64,000 nucleotides of DNA from Dehalococcoidia bacterium (GCA_965203975.1 CBDBDT010000001.1:712029-776028), one strand, 5' to 3'; shown: positions 1-8,990, numbered from the stretch's first letter. The notes: a model not told the origin generated them from the letters alone. A program made the numbers and translations.

Positions 1-243
1 CGTCAAATCACCAATGCCGACCAGACCCCTCCGGCACAGGAGGGTTGCACAGTGCCTCAGCCGCTCTTTCACATCCAAAAACCCTGGTTCCTGACATTCT
101 ATTTCCCGTTATTCCGTCCCCTTCCTCCCATCTTCCCCGCTCAACCGCCGGTAAATCCCCCGCCCACTGATGCTGCTTCGGGTGTAGAATACGTCCGCAA
201 ACAACATCTGCCCTATTCTGGGCATCGCTTACGGTTCCGGAAC

Positions 244-1071
244 ATGGTCGGGAAACCATCCAAATACACACTGTTCTTCGTGGGTGCTGCCGTGGCCCTC
301 GCTTTGGTCGCAGCTTGCGCCATTCCGCGCGCCCATGCCCTCTACGTCGAAACCCTGCCCTCCGGCACGATCTCCGGGATACCCATTCCCCCCGAACAGT
401 ACCTATGGGACCCCAGCGAAGACTCCTTCTGGTGTCTCGGGTACATGGCGACCATCGTCGGCGGCCCCGGCGATGACATCCTTGAAGGCACTGACGGCCG
501 CGACGTGATCCACGGCCGCGGCGGTGATGACACCCTCCACGGCATGGGCGGCGATGACCTGATCTGCGGCGGCTCTGGGGATGACGTCATGTTCGGCGGG
601 GAGGGCAAGGACTTCATGCGCGGCCGCTCCGGCGACGACTTCATCCACGGCGGCCCCGGGGCGGATACCGTCCTCGCCGACCGCGGCAACGACGAGCTCG
701 TCGGCCATGACGGCCGCGACTTCCTCTCCGGCAGCTACGGAGATGACATAATCATCGGCGGCGACCTCCTCCTAAAAGACCATCAGAAACCCCGCCTGAC
801 CGGCCGTGATGTTCTCCTCGGCGGCGTGGGATCCGACATCATCATCGGCGACGACGGCGACGACGGAATCCTTGGCTTCGGGGCCTCGGACTTCATGGCC
901 GGTCTCGGCGGGAACGACACCATCTATGGCTATTCCGGCAACGACCTGCTCGATGGTGGCGAGGGAGTCGACGAGTGCAAGGGCGGCACCGGAGAGGACA
1001 CCGCCGCTGAATGCGAAATTGAGGAAGCCGTGGAGAGACGCGACGCCAGCCGCTTCCCCTTCCTCGACTGA
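244..1071 (+). CDS. secreted calcium-binding protein with hemolysin-type (RTX) GGxGxD repeats
   Basis: Track ORF 52..1071. The internal ATG at 244 gives a signal-peptide-like N-terminus (MVGKPSKYTLFFVGAAVALALVAACAIPRAHA). The rest is more than 15 tandem nonapeptide-like repeats (GGPGDDILEG, GRGGDDTLHG, GGSGDDVMFG...). The Pro-rich 52..243 extension looks non-coding. Confidence 0.7.
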   Translation: MVGKPSKYTLFFVGAAVALALVAACAIPRAHALYVETLPSGTISGIPIPPEQYLWDPSEDSFWCLGYMATIVGGPGDDILEGTDGRDVIHGRGGDDTLHGMGGDDLICGGSGDDVMFGGEGKDFMRGRSGDDFIHGGPGADTVLADRGNDELVGHDGRDFLSGSYGDDIIIGGDLLLKDHQKPRLTGRDVLLGGVGSDIIIGDDGDDGILGFGASDFMAGLGGNDTIYGYSGNDLLDGGEGVDECKGGTGEDTAAECEIEEAVERRDASRFPFLD

Positions 1072-1108
1072 ATCCCCGCCTATATTCAAGGCCCTGGGAG
1101 GCTCAGCT

Positions 1109-1999
1109 TTGCAACGAGACCTCATCGGCTACGGCCAGCATCCCCCCGTCGTTCATTGGCCCAACGGGGCCCGCATCGCCGTCTCCATCGTCGTCAACTA
1201 CGAGGAGGGCTCCGAACGCTCCCTTCTCGACGGCGACGATTTCCACGAGACAAACAACGAGGTCCCGTCGCCGGTCCCTCCTTCAGACCGCGACCTCTTC
1301 AACGAGTCCTTCTTCGAATACGGCAGCCGCGTCGGCGTCTGGCGTCTCCTGGACCTGTTCGACCGCCACAACGTCAAGTCCACCTTCTACTGCTGCGCCC
1401 TCGCCCTGGAACGCAACCCAGAGGTCGCCCACGCCATCGTCGCCCGCGGCCACGAGGTCTGCGGCCACGGCTACCGCTGGGAGGAATACCACTCGGCTGA
1501 TGAGGATTACGAACGGGATTCCATCCGCAAGACCGTCGAATCACTGGAACGCACCACCGGCGTCCGTCCCACCGGGTGGTTCACCCGCTACGGCCCCAGC
1601 GTCAACACCCGCCGCCTCGTCGCCGAGGAGAGCGGGTTCGTCTACGACAGCATCGCCCTCAACGACGACCTTCCCTACTACGTCGCCGTCAATGACCGTC
1701 CCTGGCTCGTCATCCCTTACAGCTTCGAAAACAACGACGCCCGCTTCTGGCGCGGCGGCCTTGTCAGCATCGGAGACTTCTACGAATATCTCAAGGAAAG
1801 CTTCGATTGCCTCTACGAAGAAGGCGCTGCCCGCCCCAAGATGATGTCCGTTGGTCTCCACTGCCGCATCACCGGCACCCCGGCCCGCTCCCGTGCCGTC
1901 GCTCGCTTCCTCGAATACGCCACCGGCTTCGACGGCGTCTGGTTCGCCCGCCGCGACCAGATCGCCGCCCACTGGCTCCAGAATCACCCGCCCAAATAG
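1109..1999 (+). CDS. puuE: PuuE-type allantoinase / polysaccharide deacetylase (NodB-fold) family protein
   Basis: Track ORF 806..1999 overlaps the RTX gene. The conserved part begins at LQRDLIGYG (TTG 1109, alternative CTG 1094). Near full-length resemblance to PuuE: RDLIGYG, NYEEGSE, EYGSRVGVWR, HGYRW, DDLPYY, VIPYSxxNND, GLHCRITGxPAR, VWFARRDQIA. Confidence 0.8.
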   Translation: MQRDLIGYGQHPPVVHWPNGARIAVSIVVNYEEGSERSLLDGDDFHETNNEVPSPVPPSDRDLFNESFFEYGSRVGVWRLLDLFDRHNVKSTFYCCALALERNPEVAHAIVARGHEVCGHGYRWEEYHSADEDYERDSIRKTVESLERTTGVRPTGWFTRYGPSVNTRRLVAEESGFVYDSIALNDDLPYYVAVNDRPWLVIPYSFENNDARFWRGGLVSIGDFYEYLKESFDCLYEEGAARPKMMSVGLHCRITGTPARSRAVARFLEYATGFDGVWFARRDQIAAHWLQNHPPK

Positions 2000-2285
2000 T
2001 ACTGCGCGTTCCGTCAAGGGTCCCCGCCCCGAAAATCCGGGCCCGGCCTCATCGTCTCCCATGCCGCCCCCGGCCGGTCCGCTTACTGGCGCCAGGCCCC
2101 TTACGTAACCCGCCCAGCCTCAGTTACCATTCTTCTATGAATCTCCCAACCGCCCAGCATCCAGGGATAACCAGCCGGACGGCGGGCTGCAGACACCCGG
2201 GAAGACGCCCATGTCCTTGCAGTCCAGTGCAATTCGGGCCTTACCCGACCTTCCGACGGGACGGCTCTCGGCCATCGACCAAAAA

Positions 2286-2332
2286 TGCGACACTTTGACA
2301 CAAAATGACACGGTTTGGCACAAAAATGGCAC
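2286..2332 (+). promoter_or_regulatory. array of five helically phased AAATGRCAC-type direct repeats (putative regulator-binding array)
   Basis: TGcGACAC at 2286, TGACAC at 2296, TGACAC at 2306, TGGCAC at 2316, TGGCAC at 2327 (spacing 10,10,10,11 bp), plus a sixth TGGCAC at 2411. AT-rich patch about 200 bp upstream of the selenoprotein gene. A perfect TATAAT lies at 2474..2479. Confidence 0.35.
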
Positions 2333-2530
2333 ACCAATGCTCCGCTGGTGGAACCAATTGACCAGCCTTCTTGGGTATTTCACGCTCCAAAAGCGGGATT
2401 TCGCTCCAAATGGCACAAGTGTTGAATTTTCAGGAACCTTCGTTTGGCGCCCTGGAAAGTTTGACCCCTTGGGTATAATTCCCGAAAGTTCCATCCGAAT
2501 CTGGCGGCCCGCCGCCCCCGGAGGCATCCC

Positions 2531-3079
2531 ATGACCCTTACCGCCGTAGAACCCGCCGTCAAGCGAGTGACCTATCTCGACCCCACCGGCCACGTCTACA
2601 CCGAGGAGCGGCACATGTCCGGCCGCCTCTCAACCGTCCGCGGCTCCGTAGCCGCCCTCCTGGATAACGGCAACGACACCTCCAACTTCTTCTTCCAGGG
2701 CCTCGCCCAGGTCCTTCAGGAGGAATACGGCGTCGGCAAGGTCATCCTCGAGACCAAGTTCACCTCCACCAAGCCCGCCGACCCGGACACCATCAAGGGC
2801 ATGTCCGACGCCGCCGACTTCATGGTGGCCGGCGTCTGCCTTTGAGGGTCCTGCACGTCGGGCAGTATGCTCGACGGGATTCGCTTCGAGGAGACCGGCA
2901 AGCCAGCTGTGGTCGTCGCGACCGCCGGATTCGTCCGCCTTGCCAACTCCATCAAGGCGTCGCTGAAGCTGGAAGACCTGCCCCTCGTCGTCGTGAGCCA
3001 TCCTCTCGGCGACCCGGAAACCGCCCAGGCCAAGGCCTGCGAAGCCGCCGCCGAGATCGTTCAGGCCGTCTTGGGCTAG
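2531..3079 (+). CDS. U-G-S-C motif selenoprotein (TGA 2843..2845 read as selenocysteine)
   Basis: ORFs 2531..2845 and 2867..3079 share one frame and are separated only by the TGA plus 7 sense codons. GGAGG RBS 6 nt before ATG 2531, but no RBS before ATG 2867. Read-through gives ...FMVAGVCL-U-GSCTSGSMLDGIRFEETGKPAVVVATAGF... A SECIS-like hairpin follows. Confidence 0.7.
2857..2875 (+). promoter_or_regulatory. SECIS-like hairpin downstream of the in-frame TGA
   Basis: gtcgggc-agtat-gctcgac: a 7-bp stem (one G-U pair) with a 5-nt loop containing GU. It starts 12 nt after the TGA. A possible lower stem is tcc(2849)/gga(2877). Confidence 0.5.
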
Positions 3080-3102
3080 ACCCCGGCAATCACGGAGGAA
3101 GC

Positions 3103-4188
3103 ATGGTCACCGGCAACGCTACCGCACGCCTGACCGGGTTGGACTCGGTCCAGGGCGCCATTGACACCATCGAGCAATACTACGAGAACGGCTGGACCGA
3201 CGGCTTCCCTATAGTCCCGCCCACCGAGGATGCGGTCCTGCGGATGATCGAGGCCAGCGGCCGCAACGCCCTCGATGTCATCGGCGTCGTCCCGCCCCGT
3301 TACGGCGTCGCCACCATGGAGGCCGTCGCCGTGAACGCTGTCATGGCCGGCTGCAAGCCCGAGTACATGCCCGTCATCGTCGCCTCCGTCGAAGCCCTGT
3401 TGGATGAGCGCTTCGACCTCCACGGCCTCCAGGCTACCAGCGATCCTGCGGCCCCCATGGTCATCATCAGCGGTCCCGTTATCCAGCAGATCGGTGTCAA
3501 CCATGGCGCCAGCCTCTTCGGACCCGGCTACCGCGCCAACGCCACCATCGGCCGCACCCTCCGCCTCATCATGATTAACCTCGGCGGCGCTTACCCCGAC
3601 TCCGGCGACAAGTCCACCCTCGGCTCCCCCGCCAAGTACTCCTACTGCGTCGGCGTCGACGTTGACACTCCCTGGGCGCCCGTTCACACCGAGTTCGGCT
3701 TTGCCCCCGAAGATAGTTGCGTAATGGTCTACGCCGCCGACGCCCCTCGCGGCAACAACCCCGGCGGCTCCGGCAGTATGGAGTTCCCCCTCTGGATCCT
3801 CGCCGACTCCATGTCCAACCTCAACCACAACATCATCCACGGGGGCCACGCCGTCGTCGTCATCAGCCCCCTCATCGCCCACACCCTCCACCAGGAAGGC
3901 TGGACCAAGGATGAAGTGAAGTTCTACCTCTACGAGCGCGCCCGCGTTCCCGTGGAAAGGGTCCAGCGCTACAAGCAGCTTCGCTACGGCCGAACCCAAG
4001 AAGCTGGCAACCCCTACTACTGGCCCAGTTGGCTCAACGTGGATGAACCGGGGATAACCGTCCCTGTCGTCCGCGACCCCCGCAACTTCCTTGTCCTCGT
4101 CGCCGGCGACCCCGGCCGCTCCCGGTCCGCCTACTGCCCGGCCCGCCCCTACAACCCCCCCGTCATGAAAAAGGTGGAAATGCCCTGA
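3103..4188 (+). CDS. conserved hypothetical protein co-transcribed with the selenoprotein
   Basis: ATG 3103 is preceded by GGAGGA and lies 23 nt after the selenoprotein stop. 361 aa of non-repetitive, balanced composition (GWTDGFPIVPPTEDAVLRMIE..., GPGYRANATIGRTLRLIMINLGG). I cannot assign a family. The track ORF start at 2842 is an artefactual extension. Confidence 0.7.
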   Translation: MVTGNATARLTGLDSVQGAIDTIEQYYENGWTDGFPIVPPTEDAVLRMIEASGRNALDVIGVVPPRYGVATMEAVAVNAVMAGCKPEYMPVIVASVEALLDERFDLHGLQATSDPAAPMVIISGPVIQQIGVNHGASLFGPGYRANATIGRTLRLIMINLGGAYPDSGDKSTLGSPAKYSYCVGVDVDTPWAPVHTEFGFAPEDSCVMVYAADAPRGNNPGGSGSMEFPLWILADSMSNLNHNIIHGGHAVVVISPLIAHTLHQEGWTKDEVKFYLYERARVPVERVQRYKQLRYGRTQEAGNPYYWPSWLNVDEPGITVPVVRDPRNFLVLVAGDPGRSRSAYCPARPYNPPVMKKVEMP

Positions 4189-4206
4189 CCGGACTCAGTC
4201 GAGATC

Positions 4207-5244
4207 CTATCCTCCCGTCACGCCGCCGACCACAATCCCGGAAACATCCACTCCTGCTTCCGCCAGCAGGTTGCGGATGTGCAGCTCCGTCTCCCGGTAG
4301 GCCCCTTCCCCGATGTGGTGGAACCGGATGGTTCCCTGCTGGTCTATCAGGAATTTGTGCGGCCACCACCGGTTCTGATACGCCCTCCACGTCTGGAATC
4401 CATTGTCCATCGCCACCGCCCAAGTCACGTCCTGGTCGATCACCGCCTGCCGGACATTCTCCTCTTTGTGTTCAAACTGGAACTCCGGGGCATGGACTCC
4501 CACCACCACCAACCCCATCTCTCCGTACTTGTTGTGCCAGTCCCGGATGTAGGGCAGCGTCCGCTGGCAGTTGATGCAGGAATACGTCCAGAAATCGATC
4601 AGCACCACCTTGCCCCGTAGCTCCTCCATCGTCAGCGGATCGCTGTTGATCCACCGCACAATTCCCCGGAACTCCGGCGCGGTGTAGACCCCCGGCGGCG
4701 TCACAATCTCCGGCTTGTCCGCCTTAGCCTCAACAGGTGCCGTTGCTTCCGCGACAGTCGCCGGAGCGCTGTCCTTCGGTTCGACCGGCCCGCTCCGGGC
4801 CACCGGAACGTCCGCGGGAGTTGAAGAATCCTCCTCCGCCATCGCTTCCGGGGCTGCAGCGGACACAGTTGAGGTGGGAGCCGCAACAGCGGTTGGAGTC
4901 GGTCCAGTTACGCCCGCCTTCTGGTCTATCCCCAAAGGCTTTCCCTCATCTTTGGAGACTCCATTCAAAGGATCGGCGACTCCGCCAGCGGCGGCCCCGC
5001 TGGAGGCCGGAGAAGCGGTCGCCCGCACTCCGACCTGTACCGCAGGTTTTCCACCGGCTATGCCCCTGTCCCCCTCTGCTGCTGCGGCGGGTTCCGCAAG
5101 GGCAGCCTCTTTCGCCTCGGGTACCTCTTGGTCGACTTCAGTCGACGGACCGCAGGCCGCTGCAAATAGCACCACCCCGGCGGCCATCACCAAGCCCAGG
5201 ATACGAATCAACGCCAACGCGGTCCAAGGGATTGTTCCCGTCAT
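4207..5244 (-). CDS. membrane-anchored thioredoxin-fold thiol:disulfide oxidoreductase (redoxin/DipZ C-terminal-like)
   Basis: N-terminal TM or possible lipobox (LVMAAGVVLFAAAC), then a long Ala/Pro/Glu-rich linker. The C-terminal domain carries VVLIDFWTYSCINCQRTLPY (CxxC), VVGVHAPEF and WPHKFLID. Confidence 0.75.
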   Translation of the reverse strand: MTGTIPWTALALIRILGLVMAAGVVLFAAACGPSTEVDQEVPEAKEAALAEPAAAAEGDRGIAGGKPAVQVGVRATASPASSGAAAGGVADPLNGVSKDEGKPLGIDQKAGVTGPTPTAVAAPTSTVSAAAPEAMAEEDSSTPADVPVARSGPVEPKDSAPATVAEATAPVEAKADKPEIVTPPGVYTAPEFRGIVRWINSDPLTMEELRGKVVLIDFWTYSCINCQRTLPYIRDWHNKYGEMGLVVVGVHAPEFQFEHKEENVRQAVIDQDVTWAVAMDNGFQTWRAYQNRWWPHKFLIDQQGTIRFHHIGEGAYRETELHIRNLLAEAGVDVSGIVVGGVTGG

Positions 5245-5277
5245 GATTGCACCGTCAGAGAAAACACCGCGGCTCCG

Positions 5278-6465
5278 CTAGTTGTCCGCCGGAACCGCCG
5301 CCTCCGCCGTTGCGAACTCCGGCATCACCTCCTTGGCAAACCACTCCAACTGCTCCAGAATGACGCTCTGCGGCGTCCCCACCGGTTGCCCCACGCTCAC
5401 CCGGTCCAGCCCCGGATACTGGGCCTCCAGCTCCTTCAGTTTCTCGATGATCACCTCCGGAGGCCCGCACAGGAACCCGCCCCTCTCCACTGCCCGCTCG
5501 ATGGTTGGCAACCCGGCCGTCGGCGCTCGCTTTGGGTCTCCCATCGCTTCTATCTGCTCATCGGAAAGGCTCCGCACCAGCCGCAGCGGGCCGAACATCT
5601 TCAGGTTTTCCTCGTAGTACTTCGCCGCTTCCTTAACTGCCTTCTCCTGCGTGTCGGCCAGCATGAAGTGATACCCGATGCTGAGGTTCTCCCCCGGAAG
5701 GGTATCCCGGCCCGCCCGGTGCTCCGCCTCGTTGTAGGCCATGATTACGTCTTCAATCGCCCCGCCTTCCGCCACGCCTCCGCCGATGATCCCCTTGATT
5801 CCGTGCTTGGCCATGAAGTCCAGCGCCCGCGGCGTCGCCCCCTGGATCGGCTGCCACGTCTCCACCGGCAGCGTCAGCGGTCGGGGGACCAGCGTAATCT
5901 CCTCCAGTTCATAACCCCGGTACGGCACCCGGGGCGGTACCGTGTAATGCTTCCCCTGGTGCGAGAAGGACCGCTCGTTGAACGACTTCAGGACCAGTTC
6001 CACCTGTTCCTCGAACAGATCCCGGTTCGCCGGTTGGTCCAGCAGCGGCGACCCGAAGGTCTCCACCTCCCGCGTGTGGTAGCCGCGTCCAACTCCGAAT
6101 ATCACCCGCCCCTTCGTCAGGATGTCCGCCGTCGCGAAGTCCTCAGCCAGGCGCAGCGGGTGCCACATCGGAGCAATGTTGAACCCGCACCCAAAGTTAA
6201 TCCGCTCCGTCAGGTGCGCCAGGTGGATGCTAAGCAGCAGGATATTCGGGATGCATTCGTACCCTTCCGGCTGGAAATGGTGCTCTGCCATCCAGAAAGT
6301 GTCGTACCCGTTGCGGTCCATCACCTGCGCGATCGCCAACGTTTTGTCAAAGCAGGTAGCCAGGTATTCGTCCGAGAACGAACGGTCATTGACCGCAGTT
6401 CCCCCGTATCCCACGTCCTCCATGTCAACGTGGCCTGCAAACAGGCTGTCAAATTTGGTAATCAT
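5278..6465 (-). CDS. LLM-class (luciferase-like) flavin-dependent oxidoreductase
   Basis: FWMAEHHFQPEGYE, GRVIFGVGRGYHTREVETFG; AGGGGGA RBS upstream of ATG 6465. Confidence 0.85.
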   Translation of the reverse strand: MITKFDSLFAGHVDMEDVGYGGTAVNDRSFSDEYLATCFDKTLAIAQVMDRNGYDTFWMAEHHFQPEGYECIPNILLLSIHLAHLTERINFGCGFNIAPMWHPLRLAEDFATADILTKGRVIFGVGRGYHTREVETFGSPLLDQPANRDLFEEQVELVLKSFNERSFSHQGKHYTVPPRVPYRGYELEEITLVPRPLTLPVETWQPIQGATPRALDFMAKHGIKGIIGGGVAEGGAIEDVIMAYNEAEHRAGRDTLPGENLSIGYHFMLADTQEKAVKEAAKYYEENLKMFGPLRLVRSLSDEQIEAMGDPKRAPTAGLPTIERAVERGGFLCGPPEVIIEKLKELEAQYPGLDRVSVGQPVGTPQSVILEQLEWFAKEVMPEFATAEAAVPADN

Positions 6466-6627
6466 AACCGTCCCCCTTTGTTCTTGCTTCCAGCTTTGAC
6501 TACCATTCTAGTTTCTCAATACCCTCTGTCAACTTGGCGTAACCCCCGCCCCATGTAGTATTCTTGGAATGCGAGTCCCGACCGGCCTGTGCCCGCAGAC
6601 CCTTGCAGTAAAGGCGGACCTCAAGCA

Positions 6628-7734
6628 ATGGAACGGCCCATATTTCAACCCCTCGGCACTCCCGCGTTGGAGTTGGACACCCCGGCTCTCGTCGTAGACC
6701 TTGACCTGATGGAACAGAACATCCAGGTCGTTCACTCCGTCTTTGACGATTCCAACGCTGTTCTCCGTCCCCATGTTTCCTGCCACGGCTGCCCCAACAT
6801 CGCCCGCGCCCAGGTCGCGGCCCGCAACGCTCAGGGCATCGCCGTCTCTACCGTCGGGGAAGCCGAGGTCTTCTGCCAGGCCGGATTCACCGACGTTTTC
6901 GTGGCCAACCAGGTTGTCACCCGTCCCAAGATCCGCCGCCTCTGCGCCCTGGCCCATTCTGCCGCCATCGCCGTCGCCATCGACAACTCTGACAATCTGG
7001 CCCTCCTATCCTCCCTGGCCGCCGAGGCCGGGGTAACCCTTGGCCTTTGGGTGGAGCTTGACGCGGGACAGGCCCGTTGCGGCGTAGCCCCCGGTTCCGA
7101 TGCCGTCGACCTCGCCCGGGCCGTCGTTGCTGCGGACAGCGTCGAATTCCGTGGTTTGACAATCTCCGAGCCCACCAGCCCTCCCTCGGATTCCGACCTC
7201 AGCGCTCCCGATATCGCCGGCTTGGTCCAACCCGTCCTGGAGACGGCCCGCTGGTTGGAGCAGACCAGTACCCCCGTTCCCGGCATCAGCATCGCCGCCT
7301 CTTACGACTACATCCAGGCCTCTGCCATCGGGGGCGTCACCGAGGTCCAGGCCAGTGTTTACCCCCTGGGAGACCATCAATTCTGCCGCCGCCGCCGCGA
7401 ACTTTCCCGGGCCGCCCGCATCCTTGCATCAGTCCTGAGCCACCCCGTGCCCAACCGTGCCGTCGTCGACGCCGGTCACAAGGCCACCGGACCCGATTTG
7501 GGCGTCGCTTTTGCCGAGGGCATCCCCGGGGCCGTCGCCGGCCGGTTCAGCGCCGAGCACGGCATCCTGGACCTCGCTGGCCCGGCCACCGCCCGCCTCC
7601 ACCCCAACGACAAGATCTGGTTGACTCCCTACAACCTCTCCCTCTGCGCCAACCAGTACGACTACTTCCGCGCCGTCCGCAACGGCCGCCTCGAAGGATT
7701 CTGGCCCATCGCCTCCCGGGGCAGGTTCTACTAG
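6628..7734 (+). CDS. DSD1/D-threonine-aldolase-like (alanine racemase N-domain) paralog lacking the PLP lysine
   Basis: LDTPALVVDLDLMEQNI is typical of the family. However, the PH(I/V)KTHK motif reads RPHVSCHGCP, so both Lys are absent. ATG at 6628 chosen (MERPIF). Confidence 0.75.
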   Translation: MERPIFQPLGTPALELDTPALVVDLDLMEQNIQVVHSVFDDSNAVLRPHVSCHGCPNIARAQVAARNAQGIAVSTVGEAEVFCQAGFTDVFVANQVVTRPKIRRLCALAHSAAIAVAIDNSDNLALLSSLAAEAGVTLGLWVELDAGQARCGVAPGSDAVDLARAVVAADSVEFRGLTISEPTSPPSDSDLSAPDIAGLVQPVLETARWLEQTSTPVPGISIAASYDYIQASAIGGVTEVQASVYPLGDHQFCRRRRELSRAARILASVLSHPVPNRAVVDAGHKATGPDLGVAFAEGIPGAVAGRFSAEHGILDLAGPATARLHPNDKIWLTPYNLSLCANQYDYFRAVRNGRLEGFWPIASRGRFY

Positions 7735-7791
7735 ACCTGTGCTGCACCCCTGTTTTCCGCCGCAGTTGTGATCTTCAGGAGCTGACTTACC

Positions 7792-8895
7792 ATGGACCAA
7801 AGCTATCGTCCCGCCGTCGGAACCCCCGTGGAAGACTTGGACACCCCCTGCCTCGTCCTCGACCTCGACGCCCTCGACCACAACATGGATGTCATGGCCG
7901 ATTACTACCGTGACCGCTCCAGCAAGCTGCGCGGCCACAGCAAGAACCACAAGACTCCGGCCATCGCCACCCGCCAGATTCGCCGTGGCGGGACCGTCGG
8001 AGGGGTCTGCGCCGCCAAGGTCTCTGAGGCCGAGGTCATGGTCCATGGCGGCATTCCCAGCGTCCTCGTCACCAGCGAAATCGTGGCTCCCTCCAAGATC
8101 GAACGCCTCTGCTCCCTCGCCCGGCAGGCCGAGGTCATCGTCGCCTGCGAGTCCGAGGCCAACGCCTCCGATCTCTCCCGTGCCGCCGCCTCCCAGGGAG
8201 TTGAATTGGGAGTCCTCATTGAGCAGGAAACTGGCCTCTTGCGTTGCGGGATCCAGGACCCCGGCCAGGGAGTGAGTCTGGCCCGCAGAATCAGCGAGCT
8301 TCCCGGCCTGGCCTTCCGCGGCATAATGAGCCATCAGATGATGGCCCAGCCATCATCTGACCGGGAGGAACGCGCCATCGAGGGACGCCGCATCATCCAG
8401 GGCGTCATCGACTTCAAGAATGCCCTGGAATCCGCCGGACTCCCGGTGGAGATCGTCTCTACCGGCGAGACCTGGAGCTACGACATCGCCGGAGAAATCC
8501 CCGGCGTCACCGAAATTCAGGGCGGCACCTACCTGCTCATGGAAACCGCCTATTCCTACATGGAGGACTTCCACTTCGCCGGCCGCGTCCTCTCAACCAT
8601 CCTCAGCACTCCGCGGGAAGGTGTTGCCGTCGGTGACGCCGGTATCCGAGCCGTCGGAGCCATGAAGGGCGTCCCCGCCGTCGCCGATCGTCCCGGTGTT
8701 GTCTGTGAGCGCCTCGACCTTGACCACGCCGTCTTCCGAGTAGCGCCGGAGACATCCCTTCGAGTTGGAGACCAGCTATCTCTGATTCCAGGCCAGCAGG
8801 ACGCCATGGTCTCCCGCTGGGACTACTTCATCGGCCTTCGCAACGGCAAGGTCGAAGAGGTCTGGGACATAACCGCCCGCGGCTGCCACAGTTGA
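7792..8895 (+). CDS. DSD1 family PLP-dependent enzyme (D-serine dehydratase / D-threonine aldolase-like)
   Basis: LDTPCLVLDLDALDHNM, canonical GHSKNHKTP lysine motif, CAAKVSEAEVM, and a C-terminal D-serine dehydratase-like domain. Confidence 0.8.
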   Translation: MDQSYRPAVGTPVEDLDTPCLVLDLDALDHNMDVMADYYRDRSSKLRGHSKNHKTPAIATRQIRRGGTVGGVCAAKVSEAEVMVHGGIPSVLVTSEIVAPSKIERLCSLARQAEVIVACESEANASDLSRAAASQGVELGVLIEQETGLLRCGIQDPGQGVSLARRISELPGLAFRGIMSHQMMAQPSSDREERAIEGRRIIQGVIDFKNALESAGLPVEIVSTGETWSYDIAGEIPGVTEIQGGTYLLMETAYSYMEDFHFAGRVLSTILSTPREGVAVGDAGIRAVGAMKGVPAVADRPGVVCERLDLDHAVFRVAPETSLRVGDQLSLIPGQQDAMVSRWDYFIGLRNGKVEEVWDITARGCHS

Positions 8896-8990
8896 CGCGT
8901 TCCCCGGGATCATCTTCTAGGGATCGCCGCATTTATCGGAACGGGGCCTACCCTTTCCCGGCATTCCCAACCCAATATCTCCCCAACAAT

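Noticed and set aside
52-243. Upstream extension of the RTX ORF (Pro-rich) and the 806..1108 extension of the puuE-like ORF
   Set aside because: The first is a Pro-rich peptide unlike the rest of the gene, and a signal peptide begins at the internal ATG 244. The second overlaps the RTX gene and precedes the region of PuuE similarity.
2411-2427. Sigma-54-like promoter TGGCAC-N5-TTGA
   Set aside because: The -12 element reads TTGA rather than the strongly conserved TTGC. The TGGCAC unit is one member of a repeat family, so the resemblance is probably incidental.
2211-2534. 107-aa ORF covering the AT-rich TGRCAC repeat region
   Set aside because: No RBS and atypical composition for this genome. 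The sequence is better explained as a regulatory repeat array plus promoter.
2842-3102. N-terminal 87 codons of track ORF 2842..4188 (Arg-rich)
   Set aside because: It overlaps the selenoprotein C-terminal half in another frame. The internal ATG 3103 has a GGAGGA RBS and marks where the normal composition begins.
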